Positions 18,501 through 28,400 of a DNA stretch of 64,000 nucleotides are shown one piece after another; the first letter of the stretch is position 1, and every line of letters starts with the position of its first letter. The notes below the pieces were generated by a model. The model did no database searches, was not told the DNA's origin, and saw nothing but the letters and a program-made list of their open reading frames with translations. Source of the stretch: a virus. The translations under genes were made by a program, and so were the position numbers. Location of the stretch: positions 79,988 through 143,987 of IMG/VR virus record IMGVR_UViG_3300024581_003238; one strand, 5' to 3'.

Positions 18501-18842
18501 GTTTCATGGGATTCCACAAATAATAATTCCGCATCCGTTGCAATATTATTTGAATCTTCAACAACAAATGTATATACAAATGCGAGATTCTATGACCCAA
18601 CAAAGACATTAGAAAACTTTGTGGGAACAATAAGTTCAAATACAGATGGTACTAATCCATTTGGTTTAGACATAGATCTGTATGGTAATACAGGTGGATC
18701 GGGTTCAGGAGGTTCATATTCCTTACCAATGAGAAACTCGGATGGTATGTTCTTGAATTCAACATATAATGAAATTATGGTATTAGTTAGATATAAAGGG
18801 GACCCGACACCCATAACGGCAATAAGTGTAAGTTTTAGTTAA
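15570..18842 (+). CDS. Large Ser-rich fibre or tail-associated structural protein (1090 aa)
   Basis: Shared fibre beta-module, Ser-rich coiled-coil repeats, then a Gly/Ser/Thr-rich beta region. Confidence 0.7.
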   Translation: MALQQIYWEQIATEDITSGITVNLGNPTSSLANVYADNFYINGTQSLNDLVGGGVAEGLVDLNNFTSSVLDSLEFSGSNLTVQGDLNVLGTFTSIKSETVVLDDNVIELNGSDESFGGLLIKDPTQPNLVSGSLLWDTTNDRWIGGPLGSEENIVIESELTTLSSSLSSSINELSQSVSSSFDQVNTDLTDLSSSVSSSINDLSQSVSSSFDQVNTDLTDLSSSLSSSINELSSSVDSTFTLHDGRLVDLEGFSSSLDATFATDQQLTELSQSITSSIGELSSSLDGRVVNLEDFSSSLDATFATDQQLTDLSSSLSGSISELSSSLSSSINELSQSVDTTFTLHDGRLVELESTGSDHETRVGDLELFSSSLNDTYATDQELEDISASLSDAIGNAQSDIEASNIFQQTGSYYGTSENLQISGSGLDSPDGSISGKYGVIVSKSLHAENINVGQPTSNDWGTMNGSYFNNFNENTDVSEIIRFMAGLLSSSAPDASPNTKYYNGYTKNTFNTSTDSGINGYLPSGTTNSTLLELIDAGFASIGGTILGSFGTFYTNSNYRHSFTSKSAGSTSVRSSNDSNLFGLGRLSSGTPTTFKVSGSFTFKKFDHNRVLLEESSSNHLIQQSGAGTTNGVTLGKIESANPELIPAGYQDGKYSGVFSPTILNAGNTIDDIGYYHISSSISIASGSSDFTEPIEDNTEILYGPIPTIESGIGSTNLGVTANIDSMTQLTATSRSLSGAPYLQTATFNASGSIGGTFNKLYQNGTHGSMSGNSGQRTASVSNGRISTSNVFYDESFTDLRSSGTIPFITDKIKLNSGLSWSAGNSYGTSANQSVSITGTGFGGSNSDSESRSVHIAGTFGQPASSGSLHYYGRSQTYDGSSNTSENFSGEGRRLELNDNLLSFGGTNWDNTYNEYGILGPKDLQVRPNRLVKPGGNNGYWLPNPSTASDYKYYVRKFSTSGTKTSMSITVNGPSLVSWDSTNNNSASVAILFESSTTNVYTNARFYDPTKTLENFVGTISSNTDGTNPFGLDIDLYGNTGGSGSGGSYSLPMRNSDGMFLNSTYNEIMVLVRYKGDPTPITAISVSFS
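16055..16770 (+). repeat. In-frame Ser-rich coiled-coil repeats built on 11-aa units
   Basis: LSSSLSSSINE / LSQSVSSSFDQVNTDLTD twice, FTLHDGRLV twice and FSSSLDATFATDQQLT twice. Confidence 0.8.
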
Positions 18843-18847
18843 AAGAC

Positions 18848-20056
18848 ATGGCATACGATAAGAACATAAAATCATCAAGGTTCCTCCAAAGTAAGAGGTA
18901 TACTCACAACAATCTATTAGATTCGCAAGAATCCTTTACATCCGTATTGGATTTAAATAGTAGTGAAATTTATGTTGATCAAAGTCTTATACCTTCATCA
19001 AACTTACCTTTTAACAGTGAATCCGATCACTTATCTGTTTATACTGACAGTGGAAGTAATTTAGATGTATTAAAATATTGGTATAGGCATAAATTAACCA
19101 AGTCGGATTTAAATAATGAGGTTTGGTTCTTTTTAGATCCTGTGGGTCCTAATAACGGTATAGGTGCACAGTTGATTAGTGATGATCAAGAAGTAAATTT
19201 CATTTCACCAAAATACGCCATATCAGGTTTGGCAAACTCAACAGTTGAGGATTCCACACCAGGTTATTTAATTAAACTTTTTGTTTCAACTAATTCTTCC
19301 TCTCCATCAAATAGTGATTTAAGACAACCATCTACCTATTCTTTTGATTATAAAACAGGTGTGGTACAATTTATAAGTGGTACCCCTTCAAGTAATCAGT
19401 ATGTGTACATGAGTGTTTACCAATATGTTGGTAGAACATTAAGTGACCAATTAGGTGGAGGTGGTGCTAGCGCTATACAAGATATATTTAAACCCACAGG
19501 TTCGTTTTATGCCACTACGAATGACATACAGATAAGTGGATCTTTAGATTTAACGGGAGACTTTACTGTACATGGAACTGTAACATCATCATTATCTGAG
19601 ACGGTTATTGTTAATGATAATATTATAGAGTTAAACGGTAACGAATCTAATTTTGGTGGATTAAGTATTAAAGACACTGTAAATCCAAATACCGTATCAG
19701 GTTCTTTATTATGGGACGCTACAAATGATCAATGGATAGCAGGTCAAGAGGGAAGTGAATTACCAATTGCAAGACAAGACGATTTAATATGGGGTAATTC
19801 AGGATCATATTGGTCATCAATAAGTGACCTACAAGTAACAGGTTCAGTTATAATAAAGGGAGATTTAAAGGTTGAAGGACAAACAACATTACAATCACAA
19901 GACATAACTCAAGACTCACTAATTGTGTCAGGTGCGATGAGCATATTAAAGAATCAAATAAACAATCAAATAAGATCGGCATCACTACAAATCGAAAATT
20001 TAGGATCGATAGGTGATATTAATAATAATTCTATCATGGATCTTGGAGGTTTCTAA
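18848..20056 (+). CDS. Tail/fibre-associated structural protein (402 aa)
   Basis: YSFDYKTGVVQF and the shared DNIIELNG...SGSLLWD module. Confidence 0.6.
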   Translation: MAYDKNIKSSRFLQSKRYTHNNLLDSQESFTSVLDLNSSEIYVDQSLIPSSNLPFNSESDHLSVYTDSGSNLDVLKYWYRHKLTKSDLNNEVWFFLDPVGPNNGIGAQLISDDQEVNFISPKYAISGLANSTVEDSTPGYLIKLFVSTNSSSPSNSDLRQPSTYSFDYKTGVVQFISGTPSSNQYVYMSVYQYVGRTLSDQLGGGGASAIQDIFKPTGSFYATTNDIQISGSLDLTGDFTVHGTVTSSLSETVIVNDNIIELNGNESNFGGLSIKDTVNPNTVSGSLLWDATNDQWIAGQEGSELPIARQDDLIWGNSGSYWSSISDLQVTGSVIIKGDLKVEGQTTLQSQDITQDSLIVSGAMSILKNQINNQIRSASLQIENLGSIGDINNNSIMDLGGF

Positions 20057-20114
20057 TATAACTGATATTTATATAATAAATCAAATAAAACACATTAATT
20101 AAAAAAAACAGAAG

Positions 20115-22256
20115 ATGGCTCAAATTATTAAACATAGAAGAGGTTCGATAACCGATGTGAAAGGAACAACCACTAGAAATGGTGAGGTTTTAATTGCTTC
20201 GGGTTCTATTTCAGATTTATCTGGACCTTTTGTATTTATTGGATCGCCAGTATCAACCGATGAGGGAGTTGCGGGGGCGTTTAAACCAACATCTAAAATT
20301 TATTCAGGTACCAGTGCACCTACAATAGGTTCTGGAACTTACGGTTCTATTTTAGATGGAACCCCATTTTATGCGTCTTCAAATGAGTCATTATATATTC
20401 TTAACAACGATAGTACGGGGAATGATAGACTTGATTTGACGGGTAATATTGAGGGCAATACGGTTGCAAATATGACGATAACGTCATTAACAGGTTCTAA
20501 TGCTGACCTAACAAATGTAACTGGTGGTACGGTAACTGTAACAGGAAATCAAACTATCGGTGGAACTTTAGGAGTTACAGGGGCAACAAACCTCGGAGAT
20601 AGTTTAGGGGTTGCTTTAACTGCGACTGTAGGAAAATTAGTTTCCGAAGGAGAAATTACAGGTTCAAATCTTAGACTTACAGGAGATGCGGACATTGAAG
20701 GGAATATAAACTTAGGTGGAAATATTACTGTTGGTGATGCATCAACAGACTTTGTTTCATTTGGTGCGGATATATCATCTTCATTCATACCAGATGTAAA
20801 TGACGCATTTGATTTAGGTTCCACAACTAAAGCATGGAGAGAATTATACGTAAGTGGAACGGCACACATCCAAGACTTAGACCTTGAAGGTGGATTATCT
20901 GTAAATAGTTTGGCTCTACCAGGTGACTTAACGGTATCGGGAACTACAGACTTAAAAGGTAATGTTACTTTAGGTGATGCAAGTTCAGACACAATTACTG
21001 TAAATTCAGGAGATATCGAATTATCAAATATCCCTGATGGAGATACGGCAATCTTTATTGGTTTAGATGGAAACAACAAATTAGTTCAAGACACATTAGA
21101 CGCAAGAGTACAAGGAGAAACATTACTTGATAATAATGGTACACCATTAACTGCTAACAGAATACCTTTCGCACTTGACGGAGATTCATTACAAGACGAC
21201 GCTGATTTAACATACAACTCAACAACTAATGTTATTAGTGTGGGTAGTTCAACAATTGGTAACGACATATCTGCGGCAAGTTCATTAACTTCAGTAGGGA
21301 CTACAGAACTTAAAGGTGCTGTTGGTGTCAACTCAAGTTTAGATGTAACGGGTTCAGTACAATTAAAAGATACTTTAAATGTTGATGGTGAATCTACATT
21401 GGCAAGTGCAATCGTAGAAGATTTAACATCAGGTAGAGTAGTATTAGCAGGTACGGGAGGAGCAATTGAAGACAGTTCAAACTTAACATTTGACGGATCA
21501 ACATTAAACGTAACTGGAGATGTTGAAGCATCAGGTGATTTAGGTGGTGCCACAGCAACCATCACAGGTAATTCTACTATAGGTGGAACACTTGGTGTAA
21601 CAGGTAATACTGAAATTGATGGAACACTTACTGTAGGTAATAATGTTACAATATCAGGTAACTTAGAAATATTAGGTACGGCTACCGAAGTGAATATACA
21701 ATCACAAACAGTTGAAATCGATGACAATATTATTAAATTAAACGCGTATTCACCATTTGAAAGATACGCAGGTTTTGAGGTAATGGATTCGGGTTCAAAT
21801 AATACATCGGCATCTCTATTATGGGATTCTCAAAATGATTATTGGTCATTTGTTGACGCAAGTGCAAACTCAAGTAAAGTAGTTGGTACTGTAGGTGCGG
21901 CTCAGGGTAGTGAATCAAGTTTATCAGCCAATACAATTCCTGTAGCGGCGGGAGATAATCAAATACAAGATTCTCTTTTAACTGATGATGGTTCTGTATT
22001 AGCTTACAACACAAATAAATTTACAGTAGCAACTGACGATGGTGCTACCTTAATTGCGGGTAATGTTACATTATCTGCATCAGGTGGGTCTGACGCAGGA
22101 AGTAACACTTCATCTATAGTATTTAGAAATTCAAGTAACGAACTTGGTTATGTATCTACTACAGAAACTACAGATGTTTTAGATGGGATTTTAGGTTATA
22201 AATCTAGTGATGGTTCATTATCATTTTCTACGGTTATTGACGGAGGAACATACTAA
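20115..22256 (+). CDS. Tail fibre-like protein (713 aa)
   Basis: N-terminal IIKHRRGS resembling fibre attachment (Mtd_N-like) starts. GGTLGVTG beta-repeats, FDLGSTTKAWRELY and C-terminal IDGGTY. Confidence 0.7.
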   Translation: MAQIIKHRRGSITDVKGTTTRNGEVLIASGSISDLSGPFVFIGSPVSTDEGVAGAFKPTSKIYSGTSAPTIGSGTYGSILDGTPFYASSNESLYILNNDSTGNDRLDLTGNIEGNTVANMTITSLTGSNADLTNVTGGTVTVTGNQTIGGTLGVTGATNLGDSLGVALTATVGKLVSEGEITGSNLRLTGDADIEGNINLGGNITVGDASTDFVSFGADISSSFIPDVNDAFDLGSTTKAWRELYVSGTAHIQDLDLEGGLSVNSLALPGDLTVSGTTDLKGNVTLGDASSDTITVNSGDIELSNIPDGDTAIFIGLDGNNKLVQDTLDARVQGETLLDNNGTPLTANRIPFALDGDSLQDDADLTYNSTTNVISVGSSTIGNDISAASSLTSVGTTELKGAVGVNSSLDVTGSVQLKDTLNVDGESTLASAIVEDLTSGRVVLAGTGGAIEDSSNLTFDGSTLNVTGDVEASGDLGGATATITGNSTIGGTLGVTGNTEIDGTLTVGNNVTISGNLEILGTATEVNIQSQTVEIDDNIIKLNAYSPFERYAGFEVMDSGSNNTSASLLWDSQNDYWSFVDASANSSKVVGTVGAAQGSESSLSANTIPVAAGDNQIQDSLLTDDGSVLAYNTNKFTVATDDGATLIAGNVTLSASGGSDAGSNTSSIVFRNSSNELGYVSTTETTDVLDGILGYKSSDGSLSFSTVIDGGTY

Positions 22257-22281
22257 AAATTAAATTAAATGTTTATTACAT

Positions 22282-22314
22282 AAAAATCCCTTGAGAAATC
22301 GAGGGATTTTTTTT
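22282..22314. terminator. Intrinsic terminator, potentially bidirectional
   Basis: AAAAATCCCTTGA-GAAA-TCGAGGGATTTTTTTT: a stem with a GAAA loop, A-tract on the left and T-tract on the right. Confidence 0.8.
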
Positions 22315-22412
22315 ATATATTGATATTAAGTAGTATTTATAATAAAGATCTATATAGGTCATAACAAAAGTGATATATATCACTATAAATACATTTAGAG
22401 AGATCCATATAT

Positions 22413-25400
22413 ATGGGACAGACAGTTAAACTGCGTAGAAGCGCTATATCCGGTAAGATTCCGATTAATTCACAATTACAACTTGGTGAATTATCAATGA
22501 ATACAACCGATGGGAAGATTTTCTTATCAAAATCGGGTTCACAAGGACCTTCCATCGAAGAAGTAATAATCACAAACACACAAAATAACGGTTCCTTAGA
22601 CATTGTTGGGTCAATATCAGGTTCCCATTTCACAGGTTCCTTTATAGGTGATGGTAGTGGACTTTATAATATTCCCGCATCGGGAGTTACGGGTCTTAGT
22701 TTAGACCGAATAGCGAGTTCAACCTCCACAGCATCTATTGACGCGGACGGTTTACATATTAACACGGATACTACAGTAACAGGGTCTCTCACAGCAACAG
22801 AATTTACAGGTAGTGGTTTAGGTTTAACAGACGTGCCAATTAAAATCTCAGGATCAGATGCGTCGTCAACTTCTATCGATTCAACTTTTACAAGAATTAA
22901 ATTTGATGATTCGACAGGTATAAAAATAAGTGGTACTACAGGTGGTGATGCGGTCGTATACCTTTCAGGTGTCGCTGCGGAATCAGAAAGTAGTGAAGGT
23001 AGGACTGCAAAATTAGAAGTTACAGGTGCTACAAGTACATGGACATTAAATCACAATTTAAACGAAAAACACCCCTCTATTGAGGTTTTTGATAGTAATG
23101 ATGAGGTCATTATTCCACAGAAAATAGAAGCAACAAGTGTTAATCAAGTGGTTGTTAGTTTTGCATCACCTCAAACAGGTACTGTAACTGCGACTGTCGG
23201 TGGTGGACTACCATCGATTGAGTCAGGATATACTGATAGAGTTTTATCGGTAGATAGTAATGGTGTTGCAACTTGGAAAACGGGAATACTTAGTGGATCT
23301 GTTGATTTTTCCAGTTTAGTTGATACTGGTTCCTTTAACACATACACATCATCTAATGACGATACAAATGGTACTCAGAATGGTAGATTAAACAGTTTAG
23401 AATCATTTACCTCAAGTATCGATGACACATATGCGACCGATACTGACGTAACAACACTCAGAACCGATTTAAACACATACACATCATCAACTGATGGTAG
23501 GTTAGATTCTTTAGAAACAACAAGTGGGTCAAGTAATCTAAGGTTGGATTATATAGAGTCTGTCACTTCTTCACATAATGGTAGATTAAACAGTTTAGAA
23601 ACAACAAGTGGATCACATGACGGTAGATTAGATAGTATTGAATCAAAAACAGGGAGTTTCCTTGTTTCTAACGACCTTTCGACAATAGAAGGAAAGATTG
23701 GGTCTTTAGAAACAACTTCAGGTTCTCATGAGGGAAAACTAAGTAGTTTAGAAACAATAAGTGCATCTCATGATGGTAGATTAGATTCTTTAGAAACAAC
23801 TTCAGGGTCCCACAATGGAAGATTAACTGATCTTGAAACTTTTGAGACCAAAGTTGATACAGGGTTGGAGTTTACAGGTTCAAACGTAACAATAAAGGGT
23901 AATTTATTAGTTAAAGGGACAGAAACAAGGGTAGATTCAACCACAGTAGATATTGACGATAACATTTTATCACTTAATGGTAGTGGTGCGGCAAATGCGG
24001 GTATAGAAGTAAGAGATACGGAATCACCAGGTGTTTTATCGGGTTCCTTAATATATGATACGGGAGATAACACTTGGAAAGCGGGTATTAAAGGAAGTGA
24101 AGAAAGATTATTAATTAATAGTGATCTTACAACATTAGATGGTAGGTTAGATAGTTTAGAATCTACTAGTGGTTCCCACGAAGATAGACTTGATAGAATT
24201 GAAACATCAACGTCTTCATTAAATTCATTCACAAGTAGTATTAATACTACAATTAAAGATAAATTAAATAATGATGGTGTGATAAGTGGTTCTGTACAGA
24301 TAGACCATGACGCAACCACAAACTATGAAGCAAATGAACATATTGACCATACAACTATAACAATTGGTAGTGGTAAGGGTTTAACTGGTGGAGGTACTAT
24401 TGACACAAGTAGAAGTTTAACACTTAACACAGGGTCAAACCACTTCTTAGATGGTGTAAAATCTAAATTAAATACTGAAACAGTTGTAAGTGGTTCTGAA
24501 CAAATAGATATAACAGGAACTACAAATTATAATTTAGTTGATGGTAGATTAGATAGTATTGAATCTTTCACAAGTAGTATTGATTTAACATATGCCACGG
24601 ATAATGATGTGACAGACTTAAGAAATGATTTAAATAGTTACACATCATCTAATGACGATACAAATGGTACTCAGAATGGTAGATTAAACAGTTTAGAAAC
24701 AACAAGTGGATCACATGATGGGAGACTTGATTCCTTAGAAACAACAAGTGGTTCACACAATTCAAGATTAGATAGTATTGAATCAAATACGGGTAGTTAT
24801 CTAACATCGTATAATGACGAATATACAACAGGGGCAACTTTTAGTACTTCAAATGGTGTTGTGACATTTACAAGAAATGATGGTGATCAGTACACGGTCG
24901 ATCTTGATGGTAGGTACTTAACTTCATTCACGGAAACGGATCCAGTATTTACGGCTCATGCCGCTTATGATATTACTTCTACTCAAATAACTAATTGGGA
25001 CACTGCCTATGGATGGGGTGACCATTCACAAGCGGGATACTTAACATCATATAATAACGAATATACAACAGGGGCAACTTTCAATGGGTCAAATGGTATT
25101 ATTACTTTCACAAGAAATGATGGCGACACTTACACCCTTAATATTAGTAGTACTTTAACAGATATAAATGTCACTGGTGGTACATATGATGACTCAACTC
25201 AAACGTTAACACTTAATAAGTCTAATGGTAGTTCTATTGATGTGACTGGATTTGCGGTAGACACCGTACTTCATACAACAGGTGCAACCTTTAATAGTAG
25301 TAATGGTGTAGTAACTTTTACTAAGAATGGTGGAGATACGTATACTGTAGATTTAGATGGAAGATATTTAACGTCATTTACAGAAACAGATCCAATATTT

Positions 25401-28400
25401 ACAGCCCATGTGGCTTCAGATATTACATCAACCAATATCGAGAATTGGAATGAAGCATATGGATGGGGTGACCATTCACAAGCCGGATACCTTACATCAT
25501 ACAATAATGAATACACGACAGGTGCTACTTTTAATAGTGGTAATGGTGTTGTAACATTTACAAGAAACGATGGGGATCAATTTACTGTTGATCTTGATGG
25601 TAGGTACCTTACATCTTATAATGATGAGTATACGACAGGTGCTACTTTTAATAGTAGTAATGGTGTGATCACCTTTACTCGAAATGATGGTGATACATTC
25701 ACCGTAGATATTGATGGGAGGTTCTTGACTTCATTCACGGAGACTGATCCAATATTTACAGCCCATGCGGCTTCAGATATTACATCAACTCAAATAACTA
25801 ATTGGGATACGGCATACGGTTGGGGGGATCATGGCACTGCCGGATACCTTACATCTTATAATAATGAATATACTACAGGAGCGACATTTAACGGAAGTAA
25901 TGGTATAATTACATTTACAAGAAATGATGGAGATACGTTTACACTTGACATTAGTGCGACTCTTACAGATATAAATGTCACTGGTGGTACGTATGACGAT
26001 TCAACCCAAACATTAACACTAAATAAATCAAACGGTGGATCCATAGATATATCAGGATTTGCGGTAGACACCGTACTTCATACAACAGGGGCAACCTTTG
26101 ACACTAGTGATGGGTTGGTTACTTTTACTAAAAATAATAATACTACGTTTAGTGTTGATCTTGATGGTAGATATTCTCTAAGTAATCACAATCACGATTC
26201 CACTTATTTAAAATTAGCGGGTGGTACACTAACAGGAGGATTAAATGGTACCACAGGTACATTCTCAGGTAAAGGTACGTTTGACAATTTAGAACTTACA
26301 AGTGGAAATAGACATCTTACATTTACTGAGAGTGGTGATGATTGGTCAATAATGAATAACCAACAAAACAATGGTATCATTTTATACAATGGTACGGGTG
26401 GGGTTGAGATTCAATACAGTGGAACTACAATTGCGGAGTTTGAAAACGGAACTATTAAATTCCATGAACAACTTGATATGGGTACTAATATCATTACTGA
26501 CACTAAAGTTGGTCAATGGGATACCGCATATGGATGGGGAGATCACGGAAGTGCTGGTTATTTAACATCTTATAATAATGAATATACGACAGGTGCTACA
26601 TTTAATACAGGAACAGGAGTTATAACATTTACAAGAAATGATGGTGATACATATACTGTCGATATTGACGGTAGATTCTTAACAAGTTTCACAGAATCTG
26701 ATCCTGTATTCACAGCCCATGCAGCATACGGTGTAACTTCAACTAAAATATCAAATTGGGATACCGCATATGGATGGGGAGATCACTCACAAGCGGGATA
26801 CCTCACATCTTATAATAATGAATATACTACAGGTGCAACATTCAATACGGGTAGTGGTGTAATAACCTTTACAAGAAACGATGGTGATACCTATACTGTT
26901 GACATCGATGGTAGATTCCTAACGTCATTTACCGAAACGGATCCTGTATTCACAGCACACGTAGCACATGGAATTACTTCTACTCAAATAACTAATTGGG
27001 ACACTGCCTATGGATGGGGTGACCATTCAACGGCGGGTTATTTAACTTCCTTTAGTGAAGCAGATACTTTAGATAGTGTTGTAAGTAGAGGATCATCAAC
27101 ATCAAGTACAGTTTCTGTTGGTAGACTGAATATTGGCTCTACTGCTGATTCGGATTTCTTAACAGGTAATTCAGAATTATCAGCTAACGGTTATATCATG
27201 ACTAAGGCGATCGTCAATACAAGTGAAACTGGTTCAGGTCCTGCAGCGATCGTATTTGGTAATGGTTCTACATACGGATCTGATGAAATATCTTTTGTTA
27301 CTGTGGGTAACACTCGAATGTATATTGATAGTAATAGTGTTGATATCTCAGTACAATTAAATATGTCCGCTGATATCGACATGGGAACTAATACCATCAC
27401 TGATACTAAAGTCGGACAATGGGACACTGCATACGGTTGGGGCGACCATTCACAAGCAGGTTATTTAACATCCTATAATGACGAATATACTACAGGAGCG
27501 ACATTTAACGGAAGTAATGGTATAATCACATTTACAAGAAACGATGGAGACACATATACAGTAGATATCAGTTCAACACTTACAGATATAAATGTTACTG
27601 GTGGTACATATAATGATTCTAACCAAACATTAACACTTAATAAATCAAATGGTACTAGTGTGGATGTTACGGGGTTTGCGGTCGACACTGTACTTCATAC
27701 AACAGGTGCAACATTTAACAGTAGTAATGGTGTAATAACTTTCACTAAGAATAGTGGAGACACATATACTGTTGATATTGACGGTAGATTCTTGACAAGT
27801 TATACTGAAACAGACACTTTAGATAGTGTAGTATCAAGAGGTGCCACGACAACAAGTAATATTACTACAGGGAATGTCACTATTAGTCAAACAGGACCAA
27901 CACTCACACTCGATGATAATAATAATGCGGGTGGTGGTGGTGCCACGGGTAAAATAATTTTCAAGAATACTGCGGGTAATGCGATTGGTATCGGATATAC
28001 CGCAGATGACACAGCATCATCAGATTTAATTATTTCTACAAATGCGGGTAGTACGTATGGTGGTTATTTAGGTTTAGATGCGGGAGGAATATCAGACGCA
28101 CAAGCGGATATTATATTAGATCCTAAAACGAAAGTTCAGGTTAAAGGTGATATCGACATGGGAACAAACGATATTACTGATACAAAAGTTGGTCAATGGG
28201 ATACCGCATATGGATGGGGAGATCACTCACAAGAGGGATACCTTACTAGTGAGACTTACACTTCCCACGAAGATACATCTACACTGAATGGTCTTTATGG
28301 TGGTGCTAATAATGGTGTTGTTGTTGAAGACATCACCGTGGATTCTAACGGACACGTAACCGCAGTAGGAACAAGAGATTTAGATGGTAGGTTCATGACT